Origin: a virus
Taxonomy: Duplodnaviria; Caudoviricetes
Length of the DNA stretch: 64,000 nt
Virus record (IMG/VR): IMGVR_UViG_3300016478_000063
Location: 1 to 64,000 of that record
Reading direction: 5' to 3' (one strand)
Shown here: piece after piece, positions 18,178 through 26,053 of the stretch
Layout of the letters: each line of letters opens with the position of its first letter
How positions within the stretch are numbered: position 1 is the stretch's first letter
Translations under genes and position numbers: made by a program
The notes under the pieces: generated by a model
Database searches by the model: none
Told to the model about the DNA's origin: nothing
The model's input: the letters and a program-made list of their open reading frames with translations, nothing else

Positions 18178-18444
18178 CTAAATTTCTTCAATTTTCCAAA
18201 GTTTTTTGATTCTGGTCACTTCCCCGTTACGCATACGAATAAACCATTCAAACCCCTGCCATTCTACAAAGAAAACAGATCGAAAGCCTCTATCGTCTTC
18301 TTTATCCATGCGCTCCAGAATCTTGCCTTCCCTACGGATGATCTTAGCTTGCTGGTTCAATTCGTCCTGTGTGCTGTTCTTCAAATTCATCTCAGTCATG
18401 GCGTTTGTTCCTGTGCTTTGTTTGTATGTGCTCAGTATAGACAA
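18178..18444 (-). CDS. Early-type hypothetical protein
   Basis: ORF in island; start probably one of the internal ATGs. Confidence 0.65.
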   Translation of the reverse strand: MSILSTYKQSTGTNAMTEMNLKNSTQDELNQQAKIIRREGKILERMDKEDDRGFRSVFFVEWQGFEWFIRMRNGEVTRIKKLWKIEEI

Positions 18445-18446
18445 AC

Positions 18447-18494
18447 AAAAAAGAGCCTTGCTAATTGAATATTTTAATTCGTTTGCAAGGCTCT
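18447..18494 (-). terminator. Rho-independent terminator
   Basis: AGAGCCTTGC/GCAAGGCTCT 10-bp stem plus T-tract on minus strand. Confidence 0.75.
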
Positions 18495-18510
18495 GATAGA
18501 GATTTTCTAT

Positions 18511-18819
18511 TTAGTTTTTATCAGCACATTTTGCTGCAACTCGACCTGCTAGCTCAAGAATATTAAGCCCTTTAGTTTCAATTTGTCCTGAATATTCGTT
18601 CTTTTCTAGAGGTACACCAACAAAAGACGCAAGCATTACACATGCCGCACGTTCATTTGTTGCGTTTTCGTTAATTTGTTTTTGTAGCTTGTCGGCTTCG
18701 TTTTTGTAGTGATTTGGATAAAAGTTATTATGTCGGATAGCTGCGACAAGTTCAGCCTTTGTCAGCTTGTTAAGTTCCGTTTCTGACATTGTGGAAAGCT
18801 TCATAATATCAATAGTCAT
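18511..18819 (-). CDS. Early-type hypothetical protein
   Basis: AAGGAG RBS. Confidence 0.8.
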   Translation of the reverse strand: MTIDIMKLSTMSETELNKLTKAELVAAIRHNNFYPNHYKNEADKLQKQINENATNERAACVMLASFVGVPLEKNEYSGQIETKGLNILELAGRVAAKCADKN

Positions 18820-18981
18820 TTTAGATTCTCCTTAATTATTCAGCAATTTGCCAAGTGTTCTTGCGACTCTTTCGGATGTTACGAAAAACCTTGTGTTCTT
18901 TCTTTTGCTGTTGCATTTGCTGCATATCTTGCCATGCTTGATTGTTATCAAGGCCGTTTGCTTTTGCTTTAATGGTTTTCA

Positions 18982-19725
18982 TCACAATAATCCCTCTTCA
19001 ACAATTTGTTTAACCACTGTGTACATCTTAGCTACGTTTCGTTTGGCTGTCAACAGTTTTACAGCAAAAACCTTAAAAATGTTTCCATCTGAAAGCTTAG
19101 AGAACACACTACCTTCAGACAGGATGCTGTAATCGATTGCAATAGCCTGTTTTAACAATGATTTTCCGCTGTTGTAAGCGTTTTCTCCGTACAATGTTGT
19201 CATGCCCTTGCTGTGGCTTGTCGCACGATTTACATGCTCAAAATCATTACCTAACTTCCTGTCTTCAGCCTCCCAAAATGGTTTATTCTCTTTTTCTAAT
19301 CTTTGCCAGGCGGCAATAAGCCGTTTATCTAACTTGTAGCGTAACAGTTCATAGCGTTCTTCGTCAATCTCTCCCGCGAAGTATTCTTCATCGAGGGCAA
19401 TAGACATTGCCTCCATACGTTGAAAATGCTTTTCTGCAAGGTCAATGCTATCTGCAACAGACTTCTTTTTCTTGTCTTTTGATTTTTGCTCTGGCTCAGC
19501 GAATCCTGCAATGTTAGCTTTCCCGTTCACCCAAACTTCTGGCTCTTGTTTAGGGCAGTCAGCCTTTCGAGCAAACCAGTATGCAGCACCAGAAAGATTC
19601 CTAGTTTCTCCAGTGATAGCATTTCTGTATTGCCGACCATTGGGAGAAAGCCCGTCCCAGTCTTCCCATGTTCCTTGAATGCTTACGTCGCCAATGCCTG
19701 AACGGCCCTTACCACCCCAAACCAT
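18982..19725 (-). CDS. Hypothetical protein (247 aa)
   Basis: GAGGTG RBS, own promoter; no family recognised. Confidence 0.85.
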   Translation of the reverse strand: MVWGGKGRSGIGDVSIQGTWEDWDGLSPNGRQYRNAITGETRNLSGAAYWFARKADCPKQEPEVWVNGKANIAGFAEPEQKSKDKKKKSVADSIDLAEKHFQRMEAMSIALDEEYFAGEIDEERYELLRYKLDKRLIAAWQRLEKENKPFWEAEDRKLGNDFEHVNRATSHSKGMTTLYGENAYNSGKSLLKQAIAIDYSILSEGSVFSKLSDGNIFKVFAVKLLTAKRNVAKMYTVVKQIVEEGLL

Positions 19726-19777
19726 AAATCACCTCAATTTCTGGACAAAGAGAAGGCACCAAGCCTTCATGTGTCAT

Positions 19778-19807
19778 ATGGTAGGACAGAGCGCCTTGTG
19801 CTGTCAA
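19778..19807 (-). promoter_or_regulatory. sigma70-like promoter
   Basis: TTGACA-18-TACCAT; GACAG/CTGTC inverted repeat overlapping -35. Confidence 0.65.
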
Positions 19808-19977
19808 GAGGGTTTTAAATTATTTTACAAATTCTGCTGGGCGGCTGTATTGCCAGACAATTTCCCCTGTGTCATCCGGGGCTTGAACTACAGCAAATTG
19901 CACAGGTGATTCTTTCTTGCATTGCTTCAAAAGCTCTGACAATGTTTCAAATGTTTCTGTCACCATGCTACTATCCT

Positions 19978-20214
19978 TTAAATAATTAGCTTAATTTTCA
20001 ATTCTTTTTCTTTTTCAGACATTAGTTGTTCAACAAAATCGTTAAGCACTTTCATTTGTTCTGCGCTAATATCTCCCTTTGCAAACATACCTGTTGTTCT
20101 TCCAAACATTGACCCACACGTAAGGTAAAGATTTTTTAAACAACCGGCATTGCAAATCCACGTTAACTGCTCAAAAAGAAAGACGTTCTCACATTGCGTA
20201 TTTAAATGAAGCAT
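19978..20214 (-). CDS. Hypothetical protein
   Basis: AAGGAG RBS. Confidence 0.7.
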   Translation of the reverse strand: MLHLNTQCENVFLFEQLTWICNAGCLKNLYLTCGSMFGRTTGMFAKGDISAEQMKVLNDFVEQLMSEKEKELKIKLII

Positions 20215-20241
20215 TTGTTCATTCTCCTTTGTTACTTTGTT

Positions 20242-20269
20242 TGGCGCGGGCAGTAGAACTCGAATCTAC
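20242..20269 (-). pseudogene. Orphan tRNA 3' segment (T-arm, acceptor 3' strand, CCA)
   Basis: GTAGA-TTCGAGT-TCTAC-TGCCCGC-G-CCA; no matching 5' half at tRNA distance. Confidence 0.6.
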
Positions 20270-20279
20270 ATGTGTCCAG

Positions 20280-20714
20280 TTACACTAAATTGTTTATATT
20301 TGGAAGCTTTAACATACCGTGGTCGAACTCCCAGTGACAATTGGGACACAATGCCAGAAGATTTTCTTCTGAGTTTATTTCAGAAATCATCGTATCTTCT
20401 GAAAATTCGCTTATTGCCACGATATGGCAGACCTCAACATGCTTATTATACCCGCAGTTCATACAAGAGTTCAGCTTACCAGCCTCTCTCATCTTAGTTC
20501 TGGCGCGACTTCTTACAAGCGCAAACGCACTAGACTTGTGCAATTTTTCGTAAATTGCATCTTTTAGTGTTTTATCAACTTGTCCGCGCAAGATTGCAGA
20601 GCAGCTTCTGCAATACTTACTTTCAGGATATATCTGTGCATTGTTACAGTTTGTACAGAGTTTTAGATTTTTCAGTCTCCATTCTCTGACACGTTGTGTA
20701 TCTTTACTGCTCAT
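20280..20714 (-). CDS. HNH endonuclease with Zn-finger motifs
   Basis: CTNC...CRSC, CMNCGY, CHIVAI, NLLALCPNCHWEFD; start moved to ATG 20714 so it does not overlap the tRNA. Confidence 0.85.
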   Translation of the reverse strand: MSSKDTQRVREWRLKNLKLCTNCNNAQIYPESKYCRSCSAILRGQVDKTLKDAIYEKLHKSSAFALVRSRARTKMREAGKLNSCMNCGYNKHVEVCHIVAISEFSEDTMISEINSEENLLALCPNCHWEFDHGMLKLPNINNLV

Positions 20715-20733
20715 ATATTCTCTCTCTCTTATT

Positions 20734-20809
20734 TGGCAGCCCCGCCGTGACTCAAACACGGAACTCAAGCTTAGAAGGCAAGCGGTATATTCAGTTTACC
20801 TACAGGGCC
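20734..20809 (-). tRNA. tRNA-Arg(UCU), atypical
   Basis: 76 nt, GGCCCTG/CGGGGCT acceptor, GGTA/TACC D-stem, CT-TCT-AA loop, CCGTG/CACGG T-stem, encoded CCA; two U-U mismatches in the anticodon stem and TTT instead of TTC in the T-loop. Confidence 0.75.
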
Positions 20810-20828
20810 AAATTCTTTCTTAACACCA

Positions 20829-20856
20829 ATTCTACAGCATTCTAAACCCTTGTCAA
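20829..20856 (-). promoter_or_regulatory. sigma70-like promoter for tRNA/HNH unit
   Basis: TTGACA-16-TAGAAT about 20 nt upstream of the tRNA. Confidence 0.75.
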
Positions 20857-20860
20857 CCCA

Positions 20861-21211
20861 TCAAACAGAAAATTCTACAACTTTTATTCCAGCTTCTTTA
20901 ATCAACACTGCGCAAATCGGGCATGGCGCACTATAGCAAGCATTGTTCTTAGCGTCAACTCTGGCTATATAGATTTTATGCCCCTTGCCCCTTGCACGCA
21001 AGATAGCCAAACACTCTGCGTGACAATATTCTTTTTCCAGCCCTAAACGCTTAGACGTTTTAGCCATAATTGTGTGGGTTTTGGTATACGAATTAGCTGC
21101 TTCACTAATCAGTCTACCTCTCTTACCTACAACTACTGAGTAATGCCTTTGTTCCCCACGTTTATAAGGGATTTCTCTGCACTTTTGCAAACAGTATTCA
21201 AGACTACTCAT
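20861..21211 (-). CDS. Cytidine-deaminase-superfamily protein (second deaminase)
   Basis: CHAECLAI and APCPIC zinc motifs. Confidence 0.8.
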   Translation of the reverse strand: MSSLEYCLQKCREIPYKRGEQRHYSVVVGKRGRLISEAANSYTKTHTIMAKTSKRLGLEKEYCHAECLAILRARGKGHKIYIARVDAKNNACYSAPCPICAVLIKEAGIKVVEFSV

Positions 21212-21393
21212 CTTTTCATCTCACACACTTTAACAAGCACTGTAGCAGGTTGATATTTCACAGGATGTCTACCCAACCTCTTTTCTTCCCAACACACAGG
21301 CTCGTTATACCCAATCAAGTATACAGCAGATACAATCCCTACGTTAAAGAAGATGTAGAAGAAAAGCAACCATCCTGCAAAGAAATTTATCAT
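21208..21393 (-). CDS. Small membrane protein
   Basis: Hydrophobic N-terminal helix; ATGA overlap. Confidence 0.6.
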   Translation of the reverse strand: MINFFAGWLLFFYIFFNVGIVSAVYLIGYNEPVCWEEKRLGRHPVKYQPATVLVKVCEMKR

Positions 21394-21423
21394 TTTATTT
21401 TACAATCCACCCTGCTTTAATGT

Positions 21424-21764
21424 TTATTTGGCAAACTCATTCCAAAGATTAACAATTTTGTCTTCATACCCTACAATATCTTCCATCAACTTGTCAACAG
21501 GAATTGAATAAATTTTCAAATCACACCAGTCTCCATTTTTATTCTCATGAATCATGTAAATGCTACAGCTTTCAGAAGCAATACCGTTAATTTCAAAACG
21601 CCAATAATCAATGTTAATAAATAGTTTATCATTGCATTCACACAGGGAGCATCTTTATATTTATGCAGAGTATCTAAACGCTTCTGGTACTTCTGACTAA
21701 TTGACATTTCGTCTTTGTCTTCTTTCCACAGCTTATAACCATTCTGTTCAAGAAACTCTTTCAT
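21424..21764 (-). pseudogene. Hypothetical gene with 1-nt frameshift at ~21645-21647
   Basis: Adding one C to CCC gives a continuous 113-aa ORF (...APLCECNDKLFINIDYW...NEFAK*). Confidence 0.6.
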
Positions 21765-21943
21765 AGAATATACACCTCCACAATTGGTTTATCATTAACA
21801 TCATCCCAGCCTGTAGGTTCCTGTTGCAACTCTGTAACATAGTTGTAGAAGTTGCCGTAGTCTGGGTCATAACCACCATGCACATTCACCTTAGCATCCT
21901 GTGGCATTTTCTGCAAGGCTTCAATTAGTTCTGATACTGTCAT
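21761..21943 (-). CDS. Hypothetical protein (MTVSELIEALQKMPQDA family)
   Basis: GGAGG RBS, ATGA overlap. Confidence 0.7.
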   Translation of the reverse strand: MTVSELIEALQKMPQDAKVNVHGGYDPDYGNFYNYVTELQQEPTGWDDVNDKPIVEVYIL

Positions 21944-22096
21944 TTACCATCCTCCCACTTGTCCAAACATTCAATAAAATGTTCCCAACTTCCTACATGG
22001 TCATGGGTGAAATCCTCCTGACAGAGGCCACAGATTTTATAAACCTGTTCCCAATTATATTTGATTCCGTTGTGAGTGATCATTTTGCCTAATCTC

Positions 22097-23353
22097 CTAT
22101 GCCAGTAGCCGATATTTATGCACTACACCGTCTTCTTTAGAGCTTACACTTAGTGGTACAAGATTGTCAACTCCAAATCGAGCACGGAAACAATCAGCCA
22201 TGGTCTGAATCAAAAGATTCTCATGCTCCCTTGCTGTCAAAAAGCTGTCATGCACTGGTAGGCAAGGAATCCCCTTCTTAATGAATACAGATAAAATGTC
22301 AGATGCTAAGTTACTATCATCATTCTGCAAGATACGCCCATAGCTATCGTTTTCACAGAACAGGTCACAGAACTCTGGATAATTCTCAAAAATAAGGTTC
22401 ATCACTGACCTTGCCTTTCCGAGATTATAGATTAACTTTTCATCTTTAGTTAGTTTGTTAATCTCTTGCTGAATAGCTTGTTGGGCTGTTTCTTCGCTTT
22501 TGCTGTTAAACATGATATTAACCGCCAGTTTAACAATTTCCCGATCTACATAATTATTTTCATCATCAATGATTCCAGAATAAATATCCAGCGGGATGTC
22601 ATCGAACGGTAAACCTTCCTTAGCTGCTGCAATACGGAAATGTAGATTGGAAAAATCTACTTCGATCACAGGACTACCATCAATTGTAACACCAAGACGA
22701 GATTTAGTTTTCTTGTTTTTCAATTGGAGAATGTCGGCTTTGTAGAAACGTCCACCATAATTAAAATTCTCGTTGAAAATACGACAATAGAAGTTAGTTA
22801 ACACTTGTCCATGTTCATCACAAATCACGGCTTGTTCATTGATTTTGTTAAGTTTTCGCACCAAATCTTCCATCTCTTTCACAGTCTGATTACTCCTAAA
22901 ATTTGTTGGGAGTTTGTTTGTATCTCTCAGTTCAACCACTCGGAACCCTTCTTGATATGCTTGTTCACACTTTGTCATAAACTCCTCACACTTGAACATC
23001 TGAATAAATTTATCTGTTGGTGTTATGAAGCTTATCTTGCGTTTCTCTTTGTCTGCATGGGCTGTACCTTTGAAATTAGTGACAAACCCTTCTTTCTCAA
23101 GGAAATCAACACATTTCATCACTTTCTTAGCGTTAACACCCTTCTTACTGTTCCCGAACCCTGCTGTGCTTCGGCTATAGGCTAACACGCTACCCTTACG
23201 AAGGCAAGAGATGAGATTTGCACACACAACGTTAAGAGTAGTGCTATCATCATAACCCAACCACTTAGTCTTATTTCGTATATCCAATCCTACCTTTAAG
23301 TCGTAAGTTAGCAATCTACTATTTATTAGTACACATCCATCCTCCATTACCAC
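22097..23353 (-). CDS. PolA/T7-RNAP-superfamily polymerase core (TV-Pol-like)
   Basis: GGRFY; motif A EVDFSNLHFRI; motif B REIVKLAVNIMFN; LQNDDS; motif C LPVHDSF; no exonuclease domain. Confidence 0.7.
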   Translation of the reverse strand: MVMEDGCVLINSRLLTYDLKVGLDIRNKTKWLGYDDSTTLNVVCANLISCLRKGSVLAYSRSTAGFGNSKKGVNAKKVMKCVDFLEKEGFVTNFKGTAHADKEKRKISFITPTDKFIQMFKCEEFMTKCEQAYQEGFRVVELRDTNKLPTNFRSNQTVKEMEDLVRKLNKINEQAVICDEHGQVLTNFYCRIFNENFNYGGRFYKADILQLKNKKTKSRLGVTIDGSPVIEVDFSNLHFRIAAAKEGLPFDDIPLDIYSGIIDDENNYVDREIVKLAVNIMFNSKSEETAQQAIQQEINKLTKDEKLIYNLGKARSVMNLIFENYPEFCDLFCENDSYGRILQNDDSNLASDILSVFIKKGIPCLPVHDSFLTAREHENLLIQTMADCFRARFGVDNLVPLSVSSKEDGVVHKYRLLA

Positions 23354-23429
23354 CTACCCCTCCTCTATCATATAAATTCTTTTTAAGGTAAATAAACCCC
23401 TACAGCCCTTGTGGCACTAAGGGTTGAGG
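23351..23429 (-). repeat. Right copy of imperfect inverted repeat (partner 13782-13839)
   Basis: Reverse complement reads CCTCAACCCTTAGTGCCACAAGGGCT...ACCTTA...TATAT...GGGTAGGTG. Confidence 0.6.
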
Positions 23430-23480
23430 TCAAATCACCAGAAGTAAAATCGACCCCACAGGGCAAAACCAATAGGGAGC

Positions 23481-23508
23481 ATTAAACCACATTCGGAACA
23501 GAATGCAA
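23481..23508 (-). promoter_or_regulatory. sigma70-like promoter (leftward, divergent)
   Basis: TTGCAT-16-TTTAAT; CATTC/GAATG hairpin in spacer. Confidence 0.55.
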
Positions 23509-23541
23509 GCATTCCTTGAAAATATTTTCTTGTTCTGGTTG

Positions 23542-23570
23542 TTGACAGAGGGGATGAACGGGTGTAGATT
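23542..23570 (+). promoter_or_regulatory. sigma70-like promoter (rightward, divergent)
   Basis: TTGACA-17-TAGATT. Confidence 0.75.
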
Positions 23571-23652
23571 GTGTATCCCATAGGCCACTAAAACAGCCTA
23601 AACACATGAAATTGTAGCCCTTGTGCGTCTAAACAAACGGAGGGGGAATGCC

Positions 23653-23868
23653 ATGAAAGCTAAAGTGTATGTCGTTACTATGCACCGATGGGGTGACAGC
23701 GAAACCCACAATTATGTTCAAGGTGTGTTTACAGATAAAGCTCAGGCTGATAAATGTGGAGATGCTGAGAAAGCTTGGCGTGGAGGTAAGTACGAACCAA
23801 AGATCACAGAGCTGATCCTTGACGAGCATGACCAAGATTCTATGAATTACCTGAAGCTTCTTGATTAA
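23653..23868 (+). CDS. Hypothetical protein
   Basis: GGAGGGGG RBS before ATG 23653. Confidence 0.7.
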   Translation: MKAKVYVVTMHRWGDSETHNYVQGVFTDKAQADKCGDAEKAWRGGKYEPKITELILDEHDQDSMNYLKLLD

Positions 23869-23953
23869 GAAATTCAATTATACATTCTCAGAAAATGATG
23901 TAGAATGTGATTATGTTGAACAGTAAAGCCACAGATGCTTAAGGAGAGATGAG

Positions 23954-24151
23954 ATGATTAAGTTTACTAAGATTGGTTTTGGAACCCCGTTGAACGAAAC
24001 AATCCTGTTATTTTGGGAAAAGTCTAAGCATATTGAAGACGGTATGCTATCTTATAATGAAGATGGTGAGTTAACCCACATGCTATTTGATGGAGAGCAA
24101 TTAAATGATCAACCTACGCATTGGATGTATATTCCAGAGATTCTAAAATGA
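23954..24151 (+). CDS. Hypothetical protein (PTHWMYIP, DUF551-like tail)
   Basis: AAGGAG RBS; THWM.lP motif. Confidence 0.65.
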   Translation: MIKFTKIGFGTPLNETILLFWEKSKHIEDGMLSYNEDGELTHMLFDGEQLNDQPTHWMYIPEILK

Positions 24152-24369
24152 GAAGCCCTGTAGCTAAATTCATGCACAAAGCTAACAATCGTTATGCTGT
24201 ACATGCAAATAAACGTGAATCTCTGTTAACTAATACCCTTAGTAGGGAGCTTGACGAATCGTTGTTTAATGAGCTAAAATCCCAAGGAAATGAGGGTTTT
24301 GATTTGGGTGATTTTCATCTTGCAGATATTGGTTGTTCAAGTATTTCTATTTCAGATGTGGAGGATTAG
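24148..24369 (+). CDS. Hypothetical protein
   Basis: ATGA overlap, in frame with ORF 24121..24369. Confidence 0.6.
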   Translation: MRSPVAKFMHKANNRYAVHANKRESLLTNTLSRELDESLFNELKSQGNEGFDLGDFHLADIGCSSISISDVED

Positions 24370-24806
24370 TTGTGGATAAAGTAGAATTTCTAAAAGCCTT
24401 TGCTAAAAAGATTGGTTGTGAACTAGTTGTCAAAGGTGAGGTTGGTTTTTGTCGGCCTTGTGTGGGGATCATCGAACCGAATATTGAACATTATGTAGAC
24501 ATTAACCCTTACGCCTATGGTGATACGCTCGATGATGAGGATGATGGTTTTATTTTCCCAGAGAATAAAGACCTTTACCCAGACGATGATGTAGCACCAA
24601 ACGCCTACCATAAGCATTCTTGTCTGGCTGTTTTGGTATTTGACGATGATTATGATGGTGCTATCAATCAACTGTATGATTGGGTGGTTCGGATTTTGTC
24701 TAAAGGTAATGTGGAATGTCTGCGACACTCAGAAGTAGATAACCCATTTGACAACCCTTTCTCGCCACCTTACAAAGTGGCTCTTGTTTACACAGGTAAG
24801 GATTGA
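24333..24806 (+). CDS. Hypothetical protein
   Basis: Long ORF; start likely GTG ~24372 after GGAGGA. Confidence 0.7.
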   Translation: MFKYFYFRCGGLVVDKVEFLKAFAKKIGCELVVKGEVGFCRPCVGIIEPNIEHYVDINPYAYGDTLDDEDDGFIFPENKDLYPDDDVAPNAYHKHSCLAVLVFDDDYDGAINQLYDWVVRILSKGNVECLRHSEVDNPFDNPFSPPYKVALVYTGKD

Positions 24807-25057
24807 TTATGAATTGGGTATCTGTCAAAGAAAGGTTGCCGTTTAAAGCAAGTCCTGATGTAACATTTGAGTCTGTAGAAGTTTTGGTTACAGATGGAAA
24901 ACACGTGCAAGTCGCGGATTTTGCAAGAGGTGGAGGTCACATTGGAAATCCTTGGGCATCGTGGAGCCAATACTCAAGCATTCCCGCACAGTGGATTACT
25001 CACTGGATGCCTCTACCGGAACCACCAATTATGGAAAATGATCCAGGAAGGGCGTAA
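24803..25057 (+). CDS. DUF551-like protein
   Basis: NWVSVKERLP...ITHWMPLPEPP. Confidence 0.75.
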   Translation: MIMNWVSVKERLPFKASPDVTFESVEVLVTDGKHVQVADFARGGGHIGNPWASWSQYSSIPAQWITHWMPLPEPPIMENDPGRA

Positions 25058-25129
25058 CATTCATGCGTCTGTGTATTGTAAGAATGGTGCAGTATTTGAT
25101 TATAACCCCGCTAAATTAATGGAGAAGAA

Positions 25130-25453
25130 ATGAAAGAAATCTCTGTATATCTTGACGACTATGAATTTAACTGTACAATTACCTATTATTCAGCAGGCTG
25201 CCCAGCTAAGACGTGGGCACTACCAGAACACTGCTGTCCAGAAGAACCAGAGGAAGTGGAGTTTGACGTAGACTCTGTATTTGTCTATAATGAGAATGGT
25301 GATCTTGTAGAAGTTGTTGACAAAGGAGAGAAAGACTCTATTATCAGTGAGTATGTAGATAGAATTGAAGATAAGATTTTGGAAGAGATTCGTGAAGAGG
25401 TGGAAGAGGATATTGATTATCCCGAGCCTCTAGATTATTATGATGGTTATTGA
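25130..25453 (+). CDS. Acidic hypothetical protein
   Basis: GGAG RBS; very acidic composition. Confidence 0.75.
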   Translation: MKEISVYLDDYEFNCTITYYSAGCPAKTWALPEHCCPEEPEEVEFDVDSVFVYNENGDLVEVVDKGEKDSIISEYVDRIEDKILEEIREEVEEDIDYPEPLDYYDGY

Positions 25454-25459
25454 CGAGAG

Positions 25460-26053
25460 GTGCGTATGACCAGGCTTTATAAAAGAAAGCTAGTCTATAG
25501 CGTTGGTATTAATGACGCCAATTATGATTTCTACATTAGAAACGGGAGTAAGATAGTTTGGTATTGTCCCTATTATGAAAAGTGGAGAGGGATGTTACGC
25601 AGATGTTACTCAGAAAAATACATAACTAAGAATCCTTCATATAAAGGTTGCTCTGTTTGCGAAGAATGGTTAACTTTTTCAAACTTCAAAGCTTGGATGG
25701 AGAATCAAGATTGGCAAGAGAAAGAACTAGATAAGGATATTCTTGGAAATGGAAAGCTATATTCGGTTGAAACTTGCTGTTTTGTATCTAAAAAGTTGAA
25801 CAGTTTTGTAGCATTTAATAGATTGAGCAACTGTGAATTGCCAGTTGGAGTATCTTTTCATAAAATATATAAGAAGTTTTCCTCGTCTGTGGATGGGAAA
25901 CTGATAGGCTTCTTTGAGACAAAGGAAGAAGCACATGACGCTTGGATTGCGACTAAGATAAATTTAGCAAAAGATTTGTTGCTACAAGAGAAAGTGAGTC
26001 TTAATATTTATGAAAAAGTTTTGTATAAAATAAGGAATGCTAATAATGTATAG
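25460..26053 (+). CDS. Free-standing HNH-type homing endonuclease
   Basis: VYSVGINDA...CEEWLTFSNFKAWM...ELDKDIL...YSVETCCFVS; overlaps primase start. Confidence 0.88.
   Translation: MRMTRLYKRKLVYSVGINDANYDFYIRNGSKIVWYCPYYEKWRGMLRRCYSEKYITKNPSYKGCSVCEEWLTFSNFKAWMENQDWQEKELDKDILGNGKLYSVETCCFVSKKLNSFVAFNRLSNCELPVGVSFHKIYKKFSSSVDGKLIGFFETKEEAHDAWIATKINLAKDLLLQEKVSLNIYEKVLYKIRNANNV

Noticed and set aside
20242-20455. tmRNA-like molecule formed by GCGGGTA (20449-20455) pairing with the orphan acceptor strand
   Set aside because: The 7-bp match lies in the codons for the conserved HNH CGY motif. There is no G3-U70 Ala identity and no convincing long helix or pseudoknots, so it is probably chance.
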